In this document: one piece after another, positions 50,011 to 63,302 of the stretch
How the letters are laid out: every line of letters starts with the position of its first letter
How positions within the stretch are numbered: position 1 is the stretch's first letter
DNA from: the human T2T-CHM13v2.0 reference genome, Homo sapiens
DNA length: 64,000 nucleotides
Assembly: GCF_009914755.1 (NCBI RefSeq)
Contig: NC_060940.1
Reading direction: 5' to 3' (one strand)
Translations under genes and position numbers: made by a program
The notes under the pieces: generated by a model
Told to the model about the DNA's origin: nothing
Seen by the model: only the letters and a program-made list of their open reading frames with translations
Database searches by the model: none

Positions 50011-53000
50011 CGATGAACACATGGGGGTGACTGAGCGCGACTCCAGTGCATCTTCTTTGTAACCGCAAACACATAGCACAGTAACTGACAGGCACACATC
50101 TTGGATGAACAAACAGTAGCCACACATGTGACCTTGCTTTTTTAAATGCGAGCACAAATCAGGGGATGGGAAAAGAACTGAGATTCCCCCCCACCCTCCT
50201 GAGATACCCTGCCACCACTGTTATTTTCCTCAAGCTGGCTCAATTTACCTTTGTTAGTAATTAAGTGTGTCTCTTTCTACATCTTCCTGTGTTAAGCAAC
50301 TCAGTGGTAAACATAAAGCTTTTAAAATCCAACACAGAGAACCACCTACCTGGTCTCTCTGCTCATTACCATTTCCTATAATGACAGCAGAACAGAGTTC
50401 AATTAGAGTCCACATACTATTTGACATGGCAGTCACTTGTTTTTGATAAACTATGTTCCAAAGAACAAAAAAAGTACCCAAATTTAATCAAACTCAATCA
50501 TACTTTACTAGTTAAGAACAAAGATGGATGGTGAACTTTGGGATCACTCCAGCCTACATATGCTAATGACATGCCAATCACTTTAGTAAGAAAGAGTAAC
50601 TCTATAGCAGAAGTGCTTTCTCTTTCCTGCAGAATGTGACAAACTCCTCCTTAGTCGAGCTGATCTGAGATGGCGCTTTTGTAAGCTGTATTTTAATTAC
50701 ACATCAGTCCTCCTGACTGTACAGTGACTACCATCACCTTCTAACATGATCAGGTCATATTTGAAAGACTACTTGGTATCTTCTAGTGCTGTAATTTCCA
50801 ATGTTACTCCAGGCATATTTAAACCAACATGTCTTAATGTCATTTTGATTAGAAAGGACTGAACTTTCAGATTAGTATACCCTGTAATTTTGGAAGCAAT
50901 ATAACAAACCCGTTGAAGTGTCAGTTCTTGGAGCCACCCTGGTGTTTGAGGTGACTGAGAGGGCAAGGCCTCCCACCAATCACAGCAACTCTGTTCTGTT
51001 GTCCTTTTTCCTTTTTTTTTCAAGTGCTTCCTCACAAAAGTTCCTCTGAAGTTTGGAAACCATTGGATTAGACCACCTCTTAAGATGCTCCTTTCCAACT
51101 CAAAGATCATAATAATTTCAATCTCCAGTGCCTCAGGGAGACGTATTTCTAAGTATAAATAATTATTCTACAGGAGCGTAAGTTGAAAAATGATAGGAGA
51201 TTGTGCTGGATGGGTGGTACCCCAAGAGAAGGAGGTAGTCTATTGTTTTAAAATTTCAGATATGAACTTTATTTCTAGTCTATCATTTTTCTATCTTTTC
51301 TAAAAAGGACTGAAAATGGCTTTGATTTCAACTTGTTTTGTCATGCAGGGTTTTTCCTAAATAGTGATTTTAATTTCAAAATGAAAGATAAACCAGATTG
51401 CAGTTGAGGATTTACTACAAAAAAACCATTATTTAATAAGACTTTTCAATTGACAGTGTTAAAACAGTTTTTCCCAACCCCTGGAAGGAAAAGCCAAAAA
51501 GTTGATTTTTAATAAGGCTTTAGTATTAAAGGACAAGTTTTTCAGTACCACACTTATTTCTGTATAACTAGTTTATAGTCCTGGGTGAAATGTAAGAATG
51601 AAAAACGAGTTAATACTTGCACCGTCTCAGACAAGATTTTTAAATACAGTGCCAAGGAATATTTTTGCTGTTACATTACAAATTTAACCAGTTTCTACAG
51701 CTTGAAATATTGCTGAGTCGAACAGATTCTCCTGAAGCAAGTGTGCAGAATAAGAACAAAAAATGGATTTATAATCCTCATGTAATATTTTCATGAGACT
51801 ATAATGCTTAGTTAACCTTGACAGAAGATTAACTCGAATTCTGTGAGGCCTAGAGTGATCACAGCTAAAAGTGAATTTTTTAGTTTCAACAACATAGGAA
51901 AGGTTTAAAAGCCTAGTAAGGTTATTCTTTTGTCTTAATGGCTGAAAGTAAAACAAGAATAATCAGTGGCATCTTAAAGAACTAAAATTACTTTCTACTT
52001 AAAATCTCACACACTCATTATGGCTGATTTATTTTAGTAGAAACTGACCATAATATTTCAAACAAGGCTTCTGTGGGTAATATCCACAATTATGTAAATG
52101 TTAAATAGCTGCTTCAGATAAGAACCTCTTTGATGTTAAAGCAATTCACTTTATAGGATAAAAGGAAAACTTCTTCATGCCTTGGGGCACACAATGAGTA
52201 GTTTGTAATGGGAAAGGCCAGTATCTTTTTAAAGGCAACTTTTTAAAATTAAAATATTGATTTTTAAATAAATTATACATGCGTTTGGTAAAAAAAAAAA
52301 ACAAAAACAAAATCAAGTGATACAAATGGGTGTGCAGTGAAACCAGTCTTCCCTTCATTCCTGTCTTTTAATCCCCTAGATTTCCGTATTAGAATCAACT
52401 ACTGTTAACAATTTATTGAATCTTTCCAGACCAGTTATTGGCATTTACAAGTTGATACCACAGACGACTTTAAAAATAACTTGCTTTCTCTCTAGGAAGC
52501 CGCCACCAATAGCAGCAACAACAATAATAATTCAGCTTGAGCTTTAAAAATACTCCAGCATGTAAAAATAGTGTAGGCTAACACTGAAAAAAGAAAAGCC
52601 AGACACTATATTGTTTTCACCGTAGCTCTGCCATCACCAGAATCCTTTCCTGAAAGGTACAACACTCAACGCTTCACCACGATGGCCAGAGAGGGCAGTG
52701 TGCACCCACGGGAAAGGCAAAGGCAGAAACGCTGCAAATCCCTTCACCATTGGAGGAGGCGCTACCAGCCCCTACCCTATCCAGCTCGATTTTATCAAGT
52801 TCTGCAGGTAAAGCGGTGTGACAGATCTACGCGATTTCATCCGGGGGTGCTCTCGGATGCACGGTCAGTAGCATGCTGACAACCTTACCGTAGTGAGGGC
52901 GCAATCCGACAACGGCAGAAAATTCAGATAAGCAACACGATCAGAAATCCTAGTGTGCATACGGTTTATCACGAAAGAGTAAAAACATTCCTTTCCCAGG

Positions 53001-53957
53001 AATGACTGTAAAAATTAGGAGTTAGAGATATGAAAGCCACAGGATGAATTTCAGAGTTGTTTTCAATTGTAATAAAGAAATCACTACGGATTTACGGTTT
53101 GTGAAATATTCATCAGCTAGAAAGTCCTAGGTTACCTTAGTACAAGCTGTAGATACGTTTACAGTGGGGTAGTTAAACGTTTCGAATTACTGAAATCTCA
53201 ATTACGAATTTAGGAATATGTGGAGAGTAGACAATGTGTCCAATTAAAATCAAAAGCAAAATTACACTGAACTTTCTAATAAAACAAATTTGAAAAAAGT
53301 GCTGTTAGGGAGCAGGAAAAAAGTCACTCTACAAATATTAAGATACAGTGCTGAGTTATACATAACACCGTTAATAATGCCTCAGCCGTACCCTCGAAAT
53401 TTTTAAAAAAAGAACATGTTACGACATTACAAACACGTCAGCTTTCAATTTAAATCAGCAGGGGGAAAAAGGGAAGTCCTTTACTGAGTGGTGGTGCTGT
53501 TTTCCCTCTGGAAATTGAAAAGACGATTTATTCAGTCCGAGTTTCAGGAGCAACTTTGTATCCCAATCCTAATTATCTATGTATATAAATTTTCATCTAA
53601 ATTACCACCTCCTGGGAAATGCAAAGCCGGTGGAGTAGGTTTTAGAGCTCTGTGCTCTGGACAAGCCAACTGTTTTAATTCCCAGTACAACAAATTAGTA
53701 AGAACCGAACACCAGCGGCGGGGAATTCTGAGACCTCTGGCGGAGCGCGAGGAGCGCCGCGTCCCGGGAAGCACCCGAGCAGCAGCGCTCCCCGGGGGCC
53801 GGGACAAGCCGGGTCCGCGGCGCCCGCGCGCCGCCCCCGGAGCCCGCAGTGGTGCCGCAGCCTCCGTGGCCGCAGCAGGTGGGACCCGGCTGGCCCAGCA
53901 GGCCCCGTTCCCCGCCGCGAGGTGCAGGCGCCGCGGGGCTATTCGAAAACCACTGCA

Positions 53958-53965
53958 CGACGTCA
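53958..53965 (-). promoter_or_regulatory. Near-consensus CRE (TGACGTCG) in intron 1 within the CpG island
   Basis: 7/8 match to TGACGTCA; motif match only. Confidence 0.3.
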
Positions 53966-54407
53966 CGGCCGCGGCTTTTATTGTTCTCGTGGAATTACTT
54001 TTTGCCATCACATCTGGAGAAAGAGCGGCCTCCGCTCCACGACAGGAATCTCACAACTTTGCAAAGGGATGCGCGGAATTCTACGGAAGCGGCGCGAGGG
54101 CGCAGCCCGGAGGGCCCTGCTGGGCCCAGGGGCCTCCTGGCCGCCTTCCCGACCCGATCCCTCTTCCCACACGCGCCCCGCGAACGTCGGCCGGACTCGC
54201 AGGGGTCGGAAGCGGCGCGCCCGGAGAGCCGGCGGAGCCGGGCAGGGCTCGCGCCCCGCGGTCCGCTCCGAGTAGCCGCGAGCCCCGCCAGACAAAGAGG
54301 CGCGTCGGGTCCCGGGCGCGGGTAAGGGACGCAGAGGCGCGGGCAGGGCGGCGCGCCAGCCTCGGCCCGCAGGGGGCGCCGTCCGTGGCCCCAGCCCCGG
54401 TCCTTAC

Positions 54408-54441
54408 CTTTGAGGACCGAGCAGAGCCGCTCCAGGGCCAT
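54408..54441 (-). CDS. NETO2: NETO2 coding exon 1 (MALERLCSVLK; start of signal peptide)
   Basis: ATG at 54441 in strong Kozak context (gggaacATGG); translation matches recalled NETO2 N-terminus; donor AAG|GTAAGG at 54407; 34 nt, phase 1. Confidence 0.97.
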
Positions 54442-54774
54442 GTTCCCGAGCTGCCCGGCGCTTCGCGAAGGGCTGAGGTAGCGGCGGCGGTGGCTCGGCG
54501 CTCACGGCTCGGCGCGGCGGCGACGGCCCCACTCCGTCCCCATCGCCGGCCAGCAGCTGCCTCCCCGCTCCCCTGAGGAGAGCTCAGGTCCTGCGGCCCG
54601 CCATGCCCGAGCCCCACAGTGGGCTCCCGCGCGGCCCGAGCACCCCGACGGGCGCCGCCTCCTGCTCCGCGGCGCCCCGTCCCATCGACCGCCCGAGGGC
54701 CGAGGAGTGCGGACGCGCGGCGCGGGACCGGCAGGCAGCTCCGCCCGCGGCCCCGGCGCGGGATCCACTGAAGT
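54442..54774 (-). other. NETO2: NETO2 5' UTR (GC-rich, two uORFs); TSS inferred near 54774
   Basis: Lies between the Inr-like CCACTTC and the main ATG; exact TSS not observable. Confidence 0.6.
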
Positions 54775-54875
54775 GGCGGGCGCGGGGCGCCCAGGCTCAT
54801 TTAAGGAGGGAGCGCGAGCGCCGCGTGCCGGCTGCGCCGCCTGTGCGCATGTGCCCGCCCCGCCCCGCCCCGCGC
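54770..54875 (-). promoter_or_regulatory. Core promoter: Inr CCACTTC, TATA-like TTAAAT at -30, NRF1-like TGCGCATGTGC, tandem GC boxes
   Basis: Inr A at 54774; TTAAAT 54804-54799; NRF1-like 54844-54854; repeated CCCGC 54854-54873. Confidence 0.55.
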
Positions 54876-56213
54876 CGCGCCTCGCGCGCCCGCCGCGGCC
54901 TCGCGCCGTGGGACGGCGTCGCTCCCCGCCGGCTGCCGTTAGGGCTGGGAGCCGGCTGGGCGCGGGGGTAGTGAGGGTGCCTCTCGCCGTGGCTGCGCGG
55001 CGGCCTCGTCCGAGAGGCCGGCGCCGGGGCAGTGACCGGCCCGTGCCCAGCCGCCGCGCAGGGCGCCCGGGGCAGCTGGCCGAGCCCTCGATGCCTCCCG
55101 TCTGACGGAGGCGCCCGGGAAGCGCCGCCCACCTCGGCCCCGCACCCTCGCCGGCCTGCCGGGTCTCCGCCAGCCCTAGCAGACAGAGAGGGGCGCCGGT
55201 CCCTAGTCCCCCAGACCTCCATTCAAGGTCAAAACTTTGCCCAGCTCAGCCTTGCTCGACCCTGGGCAGGGAAGCGCGGACATCGGCAGAGGGAGCCCGA
55301 GGCTCTCCGTGCCCTTCGCGCCGGTGAGTTCCCGACCCGCGGCGCTGCCGGCGTTTCCCTAGCGCCCGCCAGGTTGACAGGCACTTTAGTACCAACTCCT
55401 CAGACTCCCCCTCATGAAGTAGGTTTTAGGGGATTGGAAAGTCGAGGCCAGAGAGGTGAAGCCCTTCGTCCAGAGCCGCGTAGCGAATGAGCGGCAGGGC
55501 TGTGCACCTCCCCCGGGGCTGCCCTCCTAGCAGCTAACCACTACGCTGGGCAGCTTCGCCAGCTGATGGGAGTCTCCAGGTCTGCCAACAACTGCCTGGC
55601 TGTTGGTGGTATTCATGATCCTGCTTTATTTTCTCCACAGCGGTTATCACACTGATATGACCTTCCTCATTTATTTATTTGTTCATCCTTTATATCTCCC
55701 TCACCCTCACACCATTAAAATATCAGCTGCTTGCAGGCAGGCCGACTGCATTCATTTTTTTCACTCCACACATACGTATTGGGTGTTAATTATGTGCAGA
55801 AGACAATGATTGGTGCTGGAGATAACAACCGTGATCAAGGCCTTACCATAATAGAATATTTATGCCTGTCTCTGCGTGTAGTAGGAACTCTGTAAACGTT
55901 TGTCTAACCAATTGTAGCTAAAGACAATGTCAGGCAACTGAAACATTTTTCAGGTGTTAAGCTCTTCTCTCTCACTTTGTATTCCTTCAAGAAAGGTACA
56001 AAAGCATAAATAATTCATGAGATTTACAAAGGAAAAACATACTTAACACCAATTAATATCGAGGTGTTTCACCCTTTGCCATGTGCTGTGAATGGGGGCA
56101 TAAAAGATGGGTAAGTTTGGGTTCCTAAAGGTAACCACCTACTACAGTTAAGATCGCACACGAGAACCAATTAGGAAATAAAACATTTAAGAACTTTTTC
56201 CCACGGATATGAA

Positions 56214-56460
56214 AAGGTGGCTCACGCATGTAATCCCAGAACTTTGGGAGGCTGAGGCAGGCGGGTCACCCGAGGTCAGAGGTTTAAGACCAGCCTGGCC
56301 GACATGGTGAAACCCCATCTCTACTAAAAATACAAAAATTAGCTGGGCGTGGTGGCACGCGCCTGTAGTCCCAGCTACTAGGGAGGCTGAGGCAGGAGAA
56401 TCGCTTGAACTGCACTCCAGCTTGGGCAACAGCGAGACTCCGTCTCAAATAATAATAATG
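56214..56460 (+). mobile_element. Alu with right-arm deletion
   Basis: Forward Alu lacking about 40 nt after cgcttgaac. Confidence 0.88.
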
Positions 56461-57473
56461 ATGTAGCATATTAGTAGAATAGGAGAGTAAGAAGACAATA
56501 TTAAGTATAGGTTACAGACAACAGTGAACCAAAAAAATTTGAGAGGAAGGGGCTCTCAAATTAACATAATAGTTTCTTAATGTGAAGTTGTTGACTGAAG
56601 GAAAAATCTGCGTGTCATGTCATCAGAGAAGACTTCCTGAAGGAGGTGACACACAAACCATGGAAATGCTTGGGGTGGCGAGAGGAGAGGAGGCAGAAGA
56701 AGAGCTCAGCAGGCAGGGAGCAGGATGAGCCTGGAACGTGGGGCAAGTGTTGTGTTTGGTATAAAGAGGTTGGACATGGTGGGCTTTGATTATGGAGATA
56801 GGTGCTCAAATGCTAGTTAGGTAAATGATTACTTTTAATAGTGCAGTAATGGAGTTCTGGGAAGATTTCATCTGGCAGTTGAGGTTGTAATAAAAGGGGA
56901 GAGATTAGAGCAACCACAAGAATTCCAAAAGTAGATCTGTAATACTTCTACGTTTACTTTAGAAGCTCTTACTTGTATTATTTTGATTAAACCTAAAAAA
57001 TCTTTTTTCCTCTAGAATGTTGGCTTGGGAGTAGATTCCAATTGGGAATGTTCATTTTGTGGCTCCCTTTTAAGACACCTATCTTTTTTAGATGTGCTGG
57101 TGGAATCGTCTGCAGTCGATTTTTCGAGGAATGTAGGAAAGCACAGATCATAGCTGAGACTACTGTGTGGCCATATGTTAGCCAAATCAAAAGGGAAGCG
57201 TTTTCATATCTCTCACTTGGGTTCTGTATTTGAATTATTATTTTCCTGGAAGATCACCCAGTAGCACCCAGTCTGTTCCCAGATTACCTGGCAGTTTCCA
57301 GGTGACTGAGGGCTCGGCTTTCCTTGCATCCTGCCAGTCTCCCAGGCATCCATTCAGGCTCTCCAACTCCTCACAATCATTCCTATAGTTTGAACTGGGT
57401 TTTCTCTGACCAAGTCCCATGTAGTACTTGAATGGTATTGCATGGCATTTACTTGTTACTAGAATGAACCTTG

Positions 57474-57762
<289 letters not shown>

Positions 57763-57911
57763 GAATGAACCATTTTTTAAAAGGAAGCATTTTATTGTCA
57801 ATATTTATACACTTAACAGATTTTTGTTGTGTCTCTGTTTTGCTATTGTTTGGGAGTGTTAACATTTTATTACATGACAGCCGAGGAAAGCAGGTTGTTG
57901 CGTTTGGAGAT

Positions 57912-58302
57912 TGTTACTTACTGTCTGTGTCCCCTCCTAGTTCATATGTTGAAGCCCTAACGTACAGTGTGGCTGTATTTGAAGAGGAGGGCCTTGAGGG
58001 AAGTAATTAAGGTTAAATGAGGCCGTATGGGTGGGTCCCTGATCTGAAAGAAATAGTGTCCTGATGGGAAGAGATATCAGAGAGCCTGCTGTCTCTTCAT
58101 GCACAGGCACCAGGAAAGGCCATGTGAGGACACAGCAAGAAGGCAGTCATCTGCAAGCCAGGAAGAGCATCCTCATCAGAAACTGAATTGGCTCCTGCCT
58201 TGATCTGAGACTTTAGCCTCCAGAACTGTGAGGAAGTATGTCTGTTGTTTCAGCTACCCAGTCTATGGTATTTTGTTGTGGCAGGCTGAACCAGCTAATA
58301 CA
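57912..58302 (+). mobile_element. MLT1A-like MaLR solo LTR
   Basis: MaLR motifs (aaggttaaatgagg, cctccagaactgtgag); ends ctaataca. Confidence 0.75.
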
Positions 58303-58547
58303 GAGATTATAACTAAGGAAGGTAGAGGAATTTAAAAAGAACCAAACTTTTATGTGCAGAAACTATTTGTAGTAAAATATAATATGGATCTTTACAGGGT
58401 GCAAATATGGCTACAGCAATGGTGACATTTAGTGAAAAACAATCAGGTGGGTTCTCAGTATATGAAGATTTCAGTGTTTATTACACAACTGTAGGGTTTT
58501 TTTTAGGGAAGGAAGAGAGGAAAATTGTAATTTTTAAAAAGTGCATT

Positions 58548-58903
58548 CTGTTAGTCTGCTCAGGCTGCCATGGCAGAATTACAGTGTAGCTATAGACTGG
58601 GTGGCTTATAGTGTAGAAATGTATTTTCTCACAGTTCTGGAGGCTGGTTTCTGCTGAGGCCTCTCTCCTGGCTTGCGGACCGTTACCTTCTCACTGTGTC
58701 TTCAGCGGCCTTTTACTCTTTCTGTGTGCACCCCTGGTCTCTTCCTCTTCTAATAAGGACACCAGTCCTATTGGATTAGGGTCCAACCCTTCTGACCTCA
58801 TTTAACCTTAACTATTTCCTTAAAGGCCCTGTCTCCAAAAAGTTATATAGAGGGATAGGGCTTCGACATGTGAATTTGCGGGAAACACAATTCAGCCCAT
58901 AAA
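58548..58903 (-). mobile_element. MLT1A/B-like MaLR solo LTR
   Basis: Reverse MaLR motifs (ctcacagttctggaggct, gacctcatttaacctt). Confidence 0.75.
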
Positions 58904-59162
58904 ATGCAAGAGCCACAATCATTCCTGTGTTATTGATATTGAAGAAGAGCTGTCAGGGGGTCAAAGAATTCTTTCAGTAACACTGTCCCCTAAACTTCTA
59001 AATTTCTGGTTAGCATAATTTTAAAGAACGCTTTTAAGAAATATTGCTTCCTATTAATATAAAATATTTCATCTTTACCAGGAAAATTTCAAATTGTCAA
59101 GAAAATTTCTGGTCATTAGTTACTTTCCTTTGATTGTGAAAAACTAAGAAATGCCCTAATTT

Positions 59163-59494
59163 TAGTCATGTGCTGCATAATGACCTTTTGGTGGATGATG
59201 GACCACATACACAACTGTATAAGCTTATAATACCATATTTTTACTGTGCCTTTTCTATGTTTAGATATCATTAGATATACAAATACTTACCATTGTGTGT
59301 AGGAAGTAATTGCCTACACTATTCAGTACAGTCACTTGCTGTACAGGTTTGTAGCATAGGAATAATACGATAAACTGTAGAGCCTAGGTGTGTAATAGGC
59401 TACACCATCTAGGTTTGTGTAAGGACACTCTATGAAGTTTGCACAATGATGCATTTCTTAGAATGTATGTCTGTCATTAAGTGACATATGACTG
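59163..59494. mobile_element. Tigger3/MER7-like DNA transposon
   Basis: Terminal inverted repeats agtcatgtgctgcataatgac / gtcattaagtgacatatgact. Confidence 0.7.
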
Positions 59495-59915
59495 TGTATT
59501 TCTTAGAATAAAGTTACTAACATATATGGTATCTTTTTTTTTTCTTTAAAACCAAAATCCCATGTTGAAAAGAGATATGTTTGCTTAAACCTATTTACTT
59601 TCTAACCTGGTGTTCTTTCATTGAAATCAACACCCCCTCCTCCAAAAAAAAAAACCTATTTACTAAAAGCTGAAACAAATGCTAGTTTATTGGTGTAGTA
59701 TGAAACCATAAGTGTAAATTCTTGATGCAGTTATTTGGTAATGTTTGTTAAATAATAAAAATTGTTAAAAGGCCTTTCATATTCCTCTGCTCTGTGGTGT
59801 TACCTCCTTCCTGAATCAGACTTCCATGTGTATGAGTCTTTCTCTGCACTCTCTAATATGTTCCATTGGTCTGTCTATCTCTTCACCAATACCGCACTCT
59901 GTTAATCACCCTAAC

Positions 59916-60201
59916 TTTTTCTTTCTTGAGACAGAGTTTCGCTCTTGTTGTCCAGGCTGGAGTGCAATGGCATGATTGGGTCACTGCAACCTCTGCCTCT
60001 TGGGTTCAAGCAATTCTCCTGCCTCAAGCCTCCCGAGTAGCTGGGATTACAGGCTTGTGCCATGACGCCCGGCTAATTTTTGTATTGTTAGTGGAGACAG
60101 GGTTTCACCATGTTGGCCAGGCTGGTCTCGAACTCAGATGATCCACCCGCCTCGGCCTCCCAAAGTGCTGGGATTACAGGCGTGAGCCACCATGCCTGGC
60201 C
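59916..60201 (-). mobile_element. AluS
   Basis: Reverse dimer; TSD taatcaccctaacttt. Confidence 0.9.
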
Positions 60202-60902
60202 TAATCACCCTAACTTTATTATTTTGTTACCTGGTAGAGCAGGTCCTTATTCTTTTTCAAGATTGTCTTGGCTGTTCTTGGTCTCTTATATTTCCGTGTA
60301 CATTTTAGAAACCTCTTAGCAAGCTCGGCAACACAACACCCCGTTGGGATGAGTGGAATTGGGAGGGCTTTGACATCTTTACAATTTTGAGTCTTCCTGT
60401 CCATTAACATGGTTACAGATGTGCATTTATTGAAAATTTCCTTAGCGTTTCTCAGAGAAGTTTTATAATTTACCAGACAGAGATGTATGCTACATCTTGT
60501 GTTATACTAATTCCCAGGTACTTGACTTTTTCGATGCTGTTATAAATGTTACCTGTTTTTAAATCCCATTTTCTAATTGTTCATGCTGGCGTATAAAAAT
60601 GCAATTGATTTTAGAAAGTGCCAAACTGTTCTCTAGAGTGGCTTTCCTATTTTGCATCCCCACCAGCAATATATGAAAATTCTAGTTTTTCCTCATCCAC
60701 ATTAGCACTTTGAATTGTCAGTATTCTTTGTTTTATCCATGAAAGCACTTTTTATTCATGATAGATGTGTATTGGTATCTCTTCATAGTTTTAGTATTCA
60801 TTTCCCTAATGGCATATCCGGTTGAACATCTTTTCATATGCTTGTTTGCTACCTATATATCCTCTTCAGTGAAGTATCCTCAAATTATTGCCCACTCAAA
60901 TT

Positions 60903-61411
60903 GTTTTTTATTTTTACTGGTGAAAAGATGTCCATTTAGAATTAGCCAGCTGGACTCAGTTTAGATGATTCCAATTTTGTTGGCAACATCCAAAGCATCA
61001 TAAGCAGGAGCCAGTCAAACACACGCCTTCTCTCCATTGGGCCTGATTGATCAGGCTACATCAGTGTTGCAGAGCTTCCCCACATCCTGTTTGCTCTGGT
61101 GCTTGTTGGCTTTGCCATCCACGGTGACCTCAAGTGTGTTGTTATCTTCTGTCTTCTTCATGGCACACTCAATGCTCAGGGAATCGGGCAGAGTGATGAA
61201 GCTTGTTTCTCCTGGGGGCACTCTTCTGAGGATATCTGGGTTGTCTCTAGAGCTGTAGTGTTTTGGGGTGCTGGAAGGTGGGTGAAGTGCAGATACTCCT
61301 TTTTGTGTGTGGCTGTGGATGCTTTCCAGCACTGCCTTCTTGGCCTTCAAAGCTTTTGCTTTGGTTTCAGCTTTGGGAGAGGCAGGAGCTTCCTTAGGTG
61401 TCATCTTGTCT
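60903..61411 (-). pseudogene. RPL23A: RPL23A processed pseudogene
   Basis: ORF 61051..61404 gives KEAPASPKAETKAKALKAKKAVLE...AMKKTEDNNTL; C-terminal DALDVANKIGII-TAA ends at 60961; intronless, frameshifted, RPL23A-like 3'UTR and A-rich tail. Confidence 0.93.
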
Positions 61412-61499
61412 GAGTTTTTGTATTGTTGAGTTTTGAGAGTTCTTTATAGATTCAGGATACAAGTCTGTTGTTGGATATGTGATTTGAAAATATTTTCTT

Positions 61500-61888
<389 letters not shown>

Positions 61889-63302
61889 TTAAAAAGAATC
61901 ATAACTTTGGTGTCATTTCTAAGAACTCTGCTTACCCCTAGCCTATGAAGACATTCTATGTGTTCTTTTAAAGTTTTATAGTTTTACATTTTATATTTGA
62001 ATTTATGACCCACTTTGAGTTAATTTTTGTGTAAGGTGTGAGGTTTAGATCAAGGTTCTTTTTTTCTCCTTTGCCCTTTGTATTTATGGCAAATACAGAT
62101 GATCAATTGTTCTGACACTATTTGTTGAAAAGACTGTCTTCCACTTAGTAACTTTTACATCTTTGTCAAACATCAAATGTCTATATTTGTGTGAGTTTAT
62201 TCCTGGACTCAATTTTATTCCATTGGTCTATGTGTCTCTCTTTGCCAATACCACACTATCTTTATTACTCAAGCTTTATAATAAGTTTTAAAGTCACATA
62301 GTTTGATTTCTTCAACTTTGTCTTCTTTTTCAACATTGTTTTAAACTAGTCTAGTTTATTTTCTCTTTCATATAAGTTGCACAAAATCCTGTCCATGTCC
62401 ACAAAAAGATACTGCTGGGATTTTGATAGGGATGGTGTGAAATGTACAGATCACTTTGGGGAGTACTGGCATCTCCTAATCCATGAACACACTGTCTTTC
62501 CATTGAAGTCTTCCTTGGTTTCTTTCATCACCTTTCTTCTTTGTTAATATGTGCATTTAGTGTTATAAATACCACCCCCCAGCACTGCCTCCTACAAATT
62601 TTGTTACATTGTATTTTTCATTTGGCTCAAAATATTTTAAAATTTCCTTTTGAGACTTCCTCTTTGACCCTATGGTTATTTAAAATATCTGGGTATTTTC
62701 CATGGATCTCCCTAGTTCAATTCTATTATAGTCTGATAATCTACTTTGTATGATTTCTATTCTTTTAGATTTGGTAGGACTTGTTTTATGGCCCAGAATA
62801 TGGTCTATCTTGGTAAGTGTTCCATGTGCTCTGAAAAAGACTATTTTGCTGCTGTTGGTTAGAGTGTTATATAAATAGCCACTAGGTTAGATTGACTGAG
62901 TGCTTTTCAGGTCAGCTCTAAGCTTTCTGATTTCCTGCCTACTTTTTCCTTCAGTTACTGTAGAAAAGTGTTGATGTCTCCCACTTAAATCGTGAGTTTG
63001 TCTGTTTCTCCTTACAGGTCTGGCGGTTTTTACTTTTTAGTTTATGAACACTTAGGATTTTTATGTTAAGAAGAGGGGCCTGATCTTGGGTGAGTCTGCT
63101 CTCCAGATGAGGCTGGCAGATGAACAGTGATGACACTCCCAGAAATTAGGATAATAAGTCCTTTATTCTTGATGCCGGATCTGGACACTACACCACAGCA
63201 TCCACTAGAAGGAATATTTAGGGTTTTGTTTCTTTTTGAGTATGTTTTGGTGATATTTTCCTAGGAATTGGTCCATTTTGTATAAACTTTCAGATACACT
63301 GG

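Larger units (their letters stand above)
53710..55490. promoter_or_regulatory. CpG island spanning the NETO2 promoter and exon 1
   Basis: Very high GC and dense CpG against CpG-depleted flanks. Confidence 0.93.

Noticed and set aside
53995-54441. 148-aa ORF beginning MALERLCSVLKGKDR
   Set aside because: Exon 1 reading into GC-rich intron 1; loses the signal-peptide core; no sign of a real isoform
53488-54576. 362-aa + strand ORF and other long overlapping ORFs at 53.5-55.5 kb
   Set aside because: Low-complexity A/P/R/G peptides expected from stop-poor CpG-island DNA; non-ATG start; no recognisable domain
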